Below, piece by piece: positions 25,301 through 36,588 of a stretch of DNA of 64,000 nucleotides. A model generated the notes under the pieces. The model searched no databases, was not told the DNA's origin, and was given only the letters and a program-made list of their open reading frames with translations. The stretch's first letter is position 1. Each line of letters begins with the position of its first letter. Position numbers and translations under genes: made by a program. The DNA is from Macrostomum hystrix (lineage: Eukaryota; Animalia; Platyhelminthes): NCBI GenBank assembly GCA_950097015.1, contig CATNEN010000009.1:620001-684000 (forward strand), in the 5' to 3' direction.

Positions 25301-26052
25301 TTTAACATGGATTCGCCAAAGAGGTTTATGCAGAACACTGTTATTGATTCAATGGTTTAACATGGATTCGCCAAAGAGGTTTATGCAGAACACTGTTATT
25401 GATTCAATGGTTTAACATGGATTCGCCAAAGAGGTTTATGCAGAACACTGTTATTGATTCAATGGTTTAACATGGATTCGCCAAAGAGGTTTATGCAGAA
25501 CACTGTTATTGATTCAATGGTTTAACATGGATTCGCCAAAGAGGTTTATGCAGAACACTGTTATTGATTCAATGGTTTAACATGGATTCGCCAAAGAGGT
25601 TTATGCAGAACACTGTTATTGATTCAATGGTTTAACATGGATTCGCCAAAGAGGTTTATGCAGAACACTGTTATTGATTCAATGGTTAACATGGATTCGC
25701 CAAGAGGTTTATGCAGAACACTGTTATTGATTCAATGGTTAACATGGATTCGCCAAAGAGGTTTATGCAGAACACTGTTATTGATTCAATGGTTTAACAT
25801 GGATTCGCCAAGAGGTTTATGCAGAACACTGTTATTGATTCAATGGTTTAACATGGATTCGCCAAAGAGGTTTATGCAGAACACTGTTATTGATCAATGG
25901 TTTAACATGGATTCGCCCAAAGAGGTTTATGCAGAACACTGTTATTGATTCAATGGTTTAACATGGATTCGCCAAAGAGGTTTATGCAGAACACTGTTAT
26001 TGATTCAACGGTTTAACATGGATTCGCCAAAGAGGTTTATGCAGAACACTGT
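22318..26052. repeat. 55-bp satellite, ~68 nearly identical copies
   Basis: gattcaatggtttaacatggattcgccaaagaggtttatgcagaacactgttatt recurs with period 55 (22321, 22376...). Confidence 0.98.
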
Positions 26053-27050
26053 CACCACTGACTGCCACCACTGACGACTGGCTGCTTCGTGACTGTATCT
26101 TCGTGAGAAATTTATTTTTTGTCTATGGTCGGAATCAAGTGGTCTAAACCTATATGTCTATCAAGCAGATGGGATGCCCCCCGAAAATAAGCATCGCTAT
26201 TTCTCGATGAACATTAAACGCTGCCTCGGACATTCTAACCACAGAATGTGAATGAAACTGCGTTTATTATATATTTTATATATATATTATATAAAATATA
26301 TATTATCCAATATATATTATATTTACTTAGATTCAAAGATTAGAGATCTGAATCGATCCCTGGGCTAGCAGTAGTCTAAATAGCGATTTCTGTGGAAATA
26401 TCATTTCGCAAGTATATCCGAACCATTATCGAATACGAAGAAAATAGGTGGTGATTGTTATAACTTCAATCAACTCAAATATCCTTATAGTTAAACGAGT
26501 CCTGCCTTTGACAGGAGTCACAAGTGCAAGCAAGCTAAAATTGAAAATCACCCACCTACTAGTAAGCTAAATTTCAGCTGTTACGGGCTTACACCTGGCG
26601 ACATAAATGCAGGCGCAAACAATAAAAAAGTCAGCTTCTAAAAGACATCCTAAAGTGCATATCCTTCCAATCATAAGGCACCTACGTTAATGGGTTAGGA
26701 TAGGTTAAAACACTAAGTGAAGGCACCATGAAAGTAAGTAACTCCTTGAAAGAACATAGAAAATGACTTTGACAGGTCGCAAAGGCTCAAAACGCATTAG
26801 CTGGCGCTTTGACCGTAAAAGTCCTCCAAAACAAGTCAGCTTGCTGGGCATCTGGTCCCTCCATTGTCAAGGACGGATCCGAGAGGTAGGAAAGATGGAT
26901 TTAAAGCTTAACTGGACGAGCCAGAAAGCGAAAGCAGAGAGACAGAAGACGAGACAGATGGCTGCCTGTGCAATTATTAGTGCGTGTTGTTTCGGCTCCG
27001 GATTTTGCCTTGTTGGGCATTGAAAAGGAAGCCTTAGAGGCACGTCTACG

Positions 27051-27418
27051 AGCTCTTGTTACACTAATCTCGTGTAATCTGCTCGTAGAAGGTCTGGTGT
27101 CAGTCTTCGGGCTCTTGTTACACTAATCTCGTGTAATATGCTCGTAGAAAGCCTGGTGTCAGTCTTCGCAGGCTCTTGTTACACTAATCTCGTGTAATCT
27201 GCTCGTAGAAAGCCTGGTGTCAGTCTTCGGGCTCTTGTTACACTAATCTCGTGTAATCTGCTCGTAGAAAGTCTGGTGTCAGTCTTCGGGCTCTTGTTAC
27301 ACTAATCTCGTGTAATATGCTCGTAGAAAGCCTGGTGTCAGTCTTCGCAGGCTCTTGTTACACTAATCTCGTGTAATCTGCTCGTAGAAAGCCTGGTGTC
27401 AGTCTTCGCAGGCTCTTG
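27051..27418. repeat. 59/61-bp minisatellite, ~6 copies, upstream of lectin copy 2
   Basis: gctcttgttacactaatctcgtgtaatctgctcgtagaaagcctggtgtcagtcttcg(ca)g; starts at 27052, 27111, 27172... Confidence 0.93.
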
Positions 27419-27609
27419 CCAGAAATTTTAGCTCACGAAGACGTAAAATTGACTGATCATCGAAGGGCTAAACTACATGAAACAATTTTTTACACTGGGA
27501 TTCCACATCAAGCCGTTCACCTTACGCTCCCTACACAAAACGTTGCTTAGAACAGAAACTAGAAGCGATTCGATGAGCTCAGCATCAACAAGTTTCGGAC
27601 AGTGAAGTC

Positions 27610-28345
27610 ATGCAGCGGCGACAACTTTTGCTTGTTGTTCTGCTGACACTCCTGACCGCGCCGTTTTCCTCAGCTCAACTGCATCTGTTTGACGCGATCG
27701 ACTGTCGGATGTGCATTGACCGAAACTTTGCGATGGCCATCCAGACAGTCAAATCAGTGGTTTCCTGGGCAGCTCTCTGCGGCCAGAACCGGCGCTGCCA
27801 GGCCTTCACAACTCAGGACAGTCCATGCGTGCTGTTTGTGTTCGACAAGTGCAGCAAGTCGGTGTGGAAATGCAGCTGCTCAAAGAGAGGCCGAGTGTTC
27901 GTGAAGCGCCAATCGGGACTCGAGCCTGGACCATTGTGTCCGTCTGGCTTCGGTGACGAGCTTTGCGGAGTGAAGTACAGAATTCTGCGCGGCACTGGCA
28001 GCTGGTCAGCCAGCAGGCGGAGATGCGAGTCCGAGCCTGGTCTTGTTCTCATGTCCGATGTGACAAGCACTGCTGAGATGGCGCATATTCAGGCTCTGTA
28101 CACTAGCAGCGCGAGTCAGGCAATGTGGCTTGGAGGCTACCAGTTGCCAGGCAGTCCGGAGCCGTTAGGCGGCTGGGTCTGGGCGAGCTGTAGTCAGCCC
28201 TGGTCTGTGGCGAGACACTGAGCCAGGGAGCTCAAATGAGAATGCGACCGTCCTGTATAAGATGTATCCTGGCATGTGTGACATTCTGGCCTCCTATCCA
28301 GCTACTAATGACGTAATGTGCGAGTGTGTGTCGCCGCTTGAATGA
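27610..28345 (+). pseudogene. PAN + C-type lectin copy 2, frameshifted in the CTLD (pseudogene or assembly indel)
   Basis: The ORF stops at 28221. Shifting frame at ~28201 restores GLWRDTEPGSSNENATVLYKMYPGMCDILASYPATNDVMCECVSPLE*, collinear with the paralogs. A few codons before GLW are missing. Confidence 0.8.
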
Positions 28346-29432
28346 TTGAAAGAAGGTTATCCGATCAGAAAATCGGATCAGATCGCGAGCCAAATCAGTT
28401 TTTAGTCTCTTTGTCAGGCAATCGACTATGTTATAAGATGGAAATTAAATAAAATTGCCACTATGTCGAAGTGGTCTAGAAGCAAAAAAAGATTCGCCTG
28501 TCTTGAGGATTTTGCTACGCTTACTTACTTATTACTGACCTGATCAGAAGTGAAAATTGTTATTCCTTCAACCGACTTACCCGTTATTTAAAGATTTCAA
28601 TTTTTCTGGCCAAAATTTATCTTGCCAAAATGTGCAGTTAGAGTTTGTAAAGTGAAGCCAGTTTACAAAACAGCAAAGATGCCCGGATGGCTCCTTTGAT
28701 GAAAACTTTAGGCAGAAATCTTCACAAGATAACTAAACAAACTGCGCAGATTACAATGCACCAATTTTCTATTCTCAAAACTCCATAAGGAGAAAGTGCA
28801 GCTGGTCTAGCATTTTCTCTCTCGAGATCTTGAGTGTGCTTAAAAGCAAAAGGCATCAGGTCATGTGTTTTCATGTCAGTCGGTTCACGTGTGAAACAAG
28901 AAAATGTTCTCACTGTGAGAACTAAAAGCAAAGCATGATTGGCTGTTTATAACAAGCAACTTAAAGCAGAATAAATCGAAATGGACAAACTGATTTAGTA
29001 AAAGAGCAGAAGCTTTTTAAGTATAACCAATTTCGCATCTTATAATCAAGAGCTAGGTCTAGGTCGTTTGTAAATTTATTTCTAAGATTTGCAGTGACAT
29101 CAAGGATACATTTGACAGTGCTGCACGTTAATGAAGTCTTCTTCTCAGCAAGCACATTGTTGGGGATAAAAATGAATGCACCTGATGCCTCAGCAGCCCG
29201 ATTTCATTCCAACTTATGGTTTTACGCAAGAATTATTCTTCAAGCAGGCTCGGCCCATTCAGCTCACGGTTGCTATGATAAGTGAAACACTTGAAGAAAG
29301 CTGCAGGCAAACAATTAGCCAAATCAAGCCAAATATTTCAATCTGCTTCTCAAGGCCTATATATCTTAAGCTTCCTGTGAAGCACGGTTTCTTCCAAGGC
29401 ATCACATTCTGGGATCTCAAGGTTTCTAAAAA

Positions 29433-30197
29433 ATGTTTAGCCTCTTCGCATCCGTAACGCGGTTCTTGTGGATCGTCGCATGCATTTTTCACCAACGTGT
29501 GGATGCTGACTGGTCCCAGCAGTATCATTGCGTCACTGGCAGTCTCTGCATCGACAGCCACTTTATTGAAACACAGAGCGCCCCGCACTTAAGCGTCTGC
29601 GCAACGCTGTGCAGCCTCAACCAGCACTGCCAGGCTTTTACGATTGAATACGGTCCGTGCCAGCTGTTCGTTTTCGACAAGTGCAGCAAGTCGGTGAGCA
29701 GCTGCAGCTGCTCAAAGAGAGGCCGAGTGTTCGTGAAGCGCCAATCGGGACTCGAGCCTGGCGCATTGTGTCCATCTGGCTACGGTGAAGAGTTGTGCGG
29801 AGTGAAGTACAAAATTCTGCGCGACACTGGCAGCTGGTCAGCCAGCAAAGAAAAGTGTGAGTCGGAGCCTGGTCTGGTGCTCATGACAGACGTGGCAGAC
29901 GTGGTCGAAATGGACCATGTGGAGATGCTGTACAGACGCAGCAGTGCAGGCAAGGCTCTCTGGCTTGGAGGCTACCAGTTGCCAGGCAGTCCGGAGCCTG
30001 CAGGCGGCTGGATGTGGGCCAGCTGCGGTGGCGACGTTAGCGCCAGTCTGTGGGCCACTGGCGAGCCGACAAATTCCTACAATGGAGGCGAGAACGTGAC
30101 AGCGAGATGGACTGTGAAACCTAGGATTACTGATTTTTTGGCCTTCTCAACAGCAGCAAACGACGTCCTGTGCGAATGCGTGTCTCCATTCACTTAG
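29433..30197 (+). CDS. Secreted PAN + C-type lectin protein, copy 3 (254 aa)
   Basis: Signal peptide, CATLCSLNQHCQAF, the shared core FVFDKCSKSV..GVKY, and a CTLD with GEPT and CECVSPFT. Confidence 0.85.
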   Translation: MFSLFASVTRFLWIVACIFHQRVDADWSQQYHCVTGSLCIDSHFIETQSAPHLSVCATLCSLNQHCQAFTIEYGPCQLFVFDKCSKSVSSCSCSKRGRVFVKRQSGLEPGALCPSGYGEELCGVKYKILRDTGSWSASKEKCESEPGLVLMTDVADVVEMDHVEMLYRRSSAGKALWLGGYQLPGSPEPAGGWMWASCGGDVSASLWATGEPTNSYNGGENVTARWTVKPRITDFLAFSTAANDVLCECVSPFT

Positions 30198-31710
30198 CTG
30201 ATAATGAAGTAAAAACTTGCGCAATCACTTCAAAATCGTCCTTTACTTTCGTACTGTTGTCTCCGTTGCCTGGCTCGATTATGGAGTAAAGATTTTATAT
30301 GCCTGGCAAATAACTTTTTAAATATTTGCCTTCTAGAATGATGCTGAAATTCTGAAGATTTTAGAGTTGCGAGCTGACTTTTGCCATCGAAATTAATTAA
30401 AAGTTCATACTACTGTCAGTAGAATGTTGAGCACAATGCATCTAAATCAAAAGCAGAAGTGAGTATCATGATGCTTTATTAAAAAGCCTTCATTCTTCAT
30501 TCAGTACTTAACTCAAACATTCGGGAATCAAGTGTCTTATTCGTTGAAAGCAGGCAACTCTAAGTTGGGCTGTGAAAATGTACGCGGAAATCATTTTTCA
30601 CACAGGCTGCTTGCAAAAAATCGTATGCAGACGAAATCTTGAGCCTTCACGTTTAGTTAGCATTGACTAGTCCCGGTGGAGCCATGAAAGCGTCGTTAAT
30701 TAGAGGCCGTTAGACACAAGCTGGCCGCTGGACGGTGGCCCAATCTAATTTTTCCCCTAGCACTGTCTAGCAGAGCAGACCAGCCTCTTCCCTACTCTGC
30801 CACCTGCTCCTCTTCGCATTGTTTTGCCCGGTCGGGTGCAGCCAAGGTCACTTTGACTCATGGCGCCATTGATATGACAGCAGCCGGTGGCAGCCCCGAT
30901 CAGCCCATCGTCCGATCCCAGTCTCCAGAGCCGCTAATAATTCATGAGCTGCCTTTTTATTGCGTCAATACGAGAATGGCAGACAAATATTTCTCGCTTG
31001 ACAACAACGGAATGCTAACTCTCGTAGATTGGAAATTAGACGTAGGACCATTGTGGCGTGTGCGATGCGTTTATTAGCACAATATCCAGACATTCCCCAC
31101 GGTCCAGGCAGAAATGCTAAAGAAATAGGGGTTTCGGAAGTAAGTCACATGAGGCATGGGCATTAAGTCTCAGCAGCAAACGTGACTGGTCCAAAAATGC
31201 ATGCCCGCTAAAAGGACACTCTTCAAGCTTTGGAATTGGGAGTCAAATTTATCATATTTAATGTTGTTTCAGATTAGGCCGCTAAAATAAAAACCTGACT
31301 TCGAGCGTTTAATGAGGAGACTATTTCATTATTCTCATTATTCTAAAAGCATAAACGAACAAGTTTGAATTAAGAATCGTTTTTTATCGCCGTGTCGTGC
31401 CTTGCTTCTTAATTTGCCGTAAATAAAAAACAACTACAATAAATACTTAGGCACAATATTCTCAATGCAGAAAATGTACTTCGTATTAATTTGACCTACA
31501 GAACTATTTCCAGCAATAAAAATTAATCTGTCCAAAAACAGCTAAAACTAAAAACTCCTATTAATCTAATTGGTTATAATTTTTTGAACCAACCAAAGAG
31601 CTTGCCCGTGTGGGTAGTGCGTCTGCATATAGAACTTTGCATATAGAACTATTCACAAATATCAGCATTCGACTCTTGAGCAGTTCGGTTTTTCCAGAAC
31701 AATCAGCGCA

Positions 31711-32457
31711 ATGCATCCTGTCGACCTCTTATTCCTGGTCATCTCAGCTTCACTAGCAACAGCCCAGAGCGGTCAGCAGTGCCTCACTGGATTCTGGCAG
31801 CTCAGCAACGGCTCCCTCTGCATTCGCAGTGACTTCACGCGCACGTTCAGTGACATTGGCTCGGAGCTGCAGTGCTCCTTCGAGTGCACCAAGGAGCCGC
31901 GCTGCCAGGCCTTCACAACCCAGGATGGACCGTGCCAGCTGTTCGTGTTCGACAAGTGCAGCAAGTCGGTGAGGAACTGCAACTGCTCCAAAAGAGGCCG
32001 AGTGTTCGTGAAGCGCCAATCGGGACTCGAGCCTGGCGCACTGTGTCCATCTGGCTACGGTGACGAGCTGTGCGGAGTGAAGTATCAGTTCATGAATGAC
32101 TTGAAAACGTGGGCGAATCAGAGGCTGAGATGCGAGTCCCAGCCGGGCCTTGTGATCATGGCCGATGTGACGGACGATGCTGAGCTGAGCCATGTGAATG
32201 CCATGTACGTCGCTCACAACCCGGGAATACCTATGTACCTGGGCGGCTACCGGACATTTACCGGCAGCGCGCAGACGGATGGCTGGTTTTGGATCGGCTG
32301 CAATGGCACTGTCGGAAACTTTGTATGGGCTCCAGGTGAACCAAATAGTTTTGAAGAGAAGGCCACTGCTCGTTACACGAGCATCGAGAAAATTGTTGAC
32401 ATCACTGACACCGGGTTGTATGGCGTAATTTGCGAGTGTCTTTCACCCTTTGCCTGA
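31711..32457 (+). CDS. Secreted PAN + C-type lectin protein, copy 4 (248 aa)
   Basis: Same architecture; GEPN; AATAAA at ~32529. Confidence 0.87.
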   Translation: MHPVDLLFLVISASLATAQSGQQCLTGFWQLSNGSLCIRSDFTRTFSDIGSELQCSFECTKEPRCQAFTTQDGPCQLFVFDKCSKSVRNCNCSKRGRVFVKRQSGLEPGALCPSGYGDELCGVKYQFMNDLKTWANQRLRCESQPGLVIMADVTDDAELSHVNAMYVAHNPGIPMYLGGYRTFTGSAQTDGWFWIGCNGTVGNFVWAPGEPNSFEEKATARYTSIEKIVDITDTGLYGVICECLSPFA

Positions 32458-32930
32458 TTCACCGAGGCGGCCGAACTTCAAGAAGACAAATGAAGAAAAC
32501 TTGCGCGAAAGGCAAAAATTAGTCGCTTAATAAAATATATGTACTTTACTCAAGGTCTTTTTTGGAGTGTCGGCCACTTTCTGCTTCAGACCGATCGATA
32601 CTATGCTATCTTCTACGCACACTAGATTGCCCAACCGTGCGGAATGAACGATACTCATATCTATATTAGATTCAGATAGATTCTAGTAGTTCTAGTAGTT
32701 CTAGTAGTATCTGAATCTAGTAGTATCCATCTATCGCTTTGGTTGCTGGATTTCCACTTTGTAAACTTGTAATATACAGTTATAAGCGATCACTACAAAA
32801 ATAGTTTTTTCGTTTTTGTAAATATATACTAGCTCTGAATAAGGCCCAGTTTTGGCCAAAACTTTGGTCCATCGCTTAAAACAGAAATCTGCCGCTCGAA
32901 CTGTGTGCGTGGCGCGCCTGTAGGTGACAT

Positions 32931-34423
32931 GAATCTATCTATCTATCTGAATCTATCTGAATCTATCTGAATCTATCTGAATCTATCTGAATCTATCTGA
33001 ATCTATCTGAATCTATCTGAATCTATCTGAATCTATCTGAATCTATCTGAATCTATCTGAATCTATCTGAATCTATCTGAATCTATATGAATCTATCTGA
33101 ATCTATCTGAATCTATCTGAATCTATCTGAATCTATCTGAATCTATCTGAATCTATCTGAATCTATCTGAATCTATCTGAATCTATCTGAATCTATCTGA
33201 ATCTATCTGAATCTATCTGAATCTATCTGAATCTATCTGAATCTATATGAATCTATCTGAATCTATCTGAATCTATCTGAATCTATCTGAATCTATCTGA
33301 ATCTATCTGAATCTATCTGAATCTATCTGAATCTATCTGAATCTATCTGAATCTATCTGAATCTATCTGAATCTATCTGAATCTATCTGAATCTATCTGA
33401 ATCTATCTGAATCTATCTGAACCTATCTGAATCTATCTGAATCTAACTGAATCTATCTGAATCTATCTGAATCTATCTGAATCTATCTGAATCTATCTGA
33501 ATCTATCTGAATCTATCTGAATCTATCTGAATCTATCTGAATCTATCTGAATCTATCTGAATCTATCTGAATCTATCTGAATCTATCTGAATCTATCTGA
33601 ATCTATCTGAATCTATCTGAATCTATATGAATCTATCTGAATCTATCTGAACCTATCTGAATCTATCTGAATCTAACTGAATCTATCTGAATCTATCTGA
33701 ATCTATCTGAATCTATCTGAATCTATCTGAATCTATCTGAATCTATCTGAATCTATCTGAATCTATCTGAATCTATCTGAATCTATCTGAATCTATCTGA
33801 ATCTATCTGAATCTATCTGAATCTATCTGAATCTATCTGAATCTATCTGAATCTATCTGAATCTATCTGAATCTATCTGAATCTATCTGAATCTATCTGA
33901 ACCTATCTGAATCTATCTGAATCTATCTGAATCTATCTGAATCTATCTGAATATATCTGAATCTATCTGAATCTATCTGAATCTATCTGAATCTATCTGA
34001 ATCTATCTGAATCTATCTGAATCTATCTGAATCTATCTGAATCTATCTGAATCTATCTGAATATATCTGAATCTATCTGAATCTATCTGAATCTATCTGA
34101 ATCTATCTGAATCTATCTGAATCTATCTGAATCTATCTGAATCTATCTGAATCTATCTGAATCTATCTGAATCTATCTGAATCTATCTGAATCTATCTGA
34201 ATCTATCTGAATATATCTGAATCTATCTGAATATATCTGAATCTATCTGAATCTATCTGAATCTATCTGAATCTATCTGAATCTATCTGAATATATCTGA
34301 ATCTATCTGAATCTATCTGAATCTATCTGAATCTATCTGAATCTATCTGAATCTATCTGAATCTATCTGAATCTATCTGAATCTATCTGAATCTATCTGA
34401 ATCTATCTGAATCTATCTGAATC
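32931..34423. repeat. 10-bp satellite (atctatctga)n, ~149 copies
   Basis: Perfect 10-nt period with sparse variants (atctatatga, acctatctga, atctaactga, atatatctga). Confidence 0.98.
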
Positions 34424-34779
34424 ATAATTTATTTTACTGATTAAAACTTTTACTTGAGGGATCATTACTTTGTATTGGCTACACTTAGGCTACGCTTCTC
34501 GTCTTTGCGAGAAAACTTCCGCTGGTCATGCAAAGCAGCAGAAATTCACAAACATTTTTCAAGTTAGAACTGTATTCAGATTCAAACGTGGTCTGCTCGG
34601 TCTTCAAGCAGCCAGTATGAGTTGATCCAGAATCACCTGGTCGAATGGTTCCACGCACTCGCAAAGAGCGCCCCGGGTCGTGTCGAGCTCACGGCTGTCA
34701 GAAAGCTTGCCTACCGAGTTGCCTCGCATAACGATGCCGTCACCGTCAAGGCGGTTGAGCGGCTCACACTGGACCTGCT

Positions 34780-35400
34780 GCCCATCAAGGAGAAATGAGA
34801 CTCCTTACTTACTATTGAGTATGGCATATACAGCCATGATAGAAAGCATAGTCCTGTACGTCTGAGAGGCCTGGGCGCCTTGTTTCCTGGAACTTGGGAC
34901 CCTGGAATAGAGAGAATTAACTTTAAGAACTGCAAGGCAATACTACAACTCAGTCAAAATACTGACAGCAATGGGGCCCGATCAGAACTTTTTCGACTGC
35001 CTCTATTGTATGATAGACAGAAAAGAAGATTCCAGTTCCGGTCATCCCTATCTCATCGCCCAGACTCCATTATATCTAAGCTTATACGGGACCCGGAATA
35101 CAGCGAAGTAGGCATTGCAACAAAAAATGAGAAGTGTACTGCGAAACTGTTCACTGAGCTCAAAGACAAAGTCTGCTAAAATTCACAGGGAAAACTTTCA
35201 ATGGGATTTTCTAGGACACTGGAGACAGGCGAAATTCTGCAAAGCTCAGCAATTTCTACTTTAGTTACAAAAGAGATTTCTGCCGTGAAAAATATCTATC
35301 AAAGACCCAGCATTCTGTGTCAAATTTTCGCAAATCACAGACTTTCCTATGAAACGATGCGTTCTGTGCGCCCGAAAATCCCTTAAAAGGTGGTCACGGA
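34780..35400 (+). mobile_element. Decayed non-LTR retrotransposon fragment (RT thumb/C-terminal region)
   Basis: Across a stop and a frameshift it reads AYTAMIESIVLYV*EAW...IERINFKNCKAILQLSQNTDSNGARSELFRLPL, matching the LINE pattern Y..P.LLYG.E.W..LE.....K.ILG........V..ELGR.PL. Confidence 0.55.
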
Positions 35401-35804
35401 AGATTTCGTTGGAGACACTTCATCCATTAGTAAAGAACTTTCGTAGTCAGAAGAAGAAGACAGCAGAAGACAAAAGCCTTTTTTATGGTTCAAGAAAATA
35501 CAAAGGTAGCAGGAAAGCTAGCAAAGTACAAGAATTGCGAGACTGCAGCTGCCCTAGAAATATCATAACATGGCAAAAATATGCGCGCCAAGCTCGCTTT
35601 CCGCATTTTTTCTACCTTTTCTTCCTCTCATTTATGCACTGCCAATATGATTCACTTCGATCCATCCGATTGAAGTAAATTTTACCCTTACTATTGTTAC
35701 TATTGTCATGTGTGTATAATGTTTAACTTGATCGAATAACTATTCGCTGAATATAAAAAATCAGCAACTTTGAAGCGTGCGCAAAAAATATATAATAAGA
35801 AGGA

Positions 35805-36092
35805 GTGAGTCCACATGCGCCATCTCGGCGGAGTCAGTCACCTCTCAGCCATGATCGCAAGCCCCGCGTCCGGCTCACAATTCTGATTGTGCACAGACCA
35901 CATGAGAGTCTTCCGAAATGTTTCTGTACTTTACTCCGCACAGGTCGTCACTCTAGCTAGGCGGGCACAGCGCACCTGGCTTGAGTCCCGGCTGGCCTCT
36001 CCTTGAGCAGCCGCAGTCTCTCACTAACTTGCCGCACTTGTCGAACACGAAGAGCTGGCAGTGCCCGGCGTTCATGTTGAAGCCCTGGCAGC
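35805..36092 (-). pseudogene. Decayed PAN + C-type lectin copy (remnant)
   Basis: SCQGFNMNAGHCQLFVFDKCGKLVRDCGCSRRG[deletion]QPGLKPGALCPPS*, then DDLCGVKYR and a frameshifted CEPDAGLAIMA..VTDSAEMAHV. Confidence 0.8.
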
Positions 36093-36588
36093 TAGTAAGG
36101 TCTGTATACGAGTACAGACCCTGAATCTCATCGTTAGGGATTTAACACTTTTAAAGTGCATGGAGGTTGGCCCTCGAGGACGGACATTGCATAGTAAGCC
36201 ACCAAGGCTAGTTTTTTCGGCTGCGCCCCAAAATGAACGTAGCCTAGCTCACACGCCGAATCCATATCTCAGGAATCTTGCGCGACAGACAAACGTGTTA
36301 GACCATTGTTGGACTTTTTGCTATATTTTTTCATAGAATAGAGGTGGAACTTCTGAGAAGCAAGCCGAAGCACGCTCAAACTCATCGTTTTTCGCGCTTG
36401 CCGAGGCATTGACAGTAGGCGGAGGGAGCCGAAAATAATTTTGTGGGGGTGGGGCCAGAAACGAGACACAACACATCTGAAGCATTTCCCAACCATGATG
36501 GTACCCGTAAGTCTCAGAAAACCTCAGTAGAAAAATGTCAGGTGAATAACCGTCGCACTATCCTGTGGCGCAAGAGTGGCTCAATCAA

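Noticed and set aside
25619-25948. 109-aa repetitive ORF
   Set aside because: Arises from indels at the end of the 55-bp array.
30853-31077. ORF with a faint cadherin-like string (KYFSLDNNGMLTL)
   Set aside because: Too short; no other cadherin motifs or flanking exons found.
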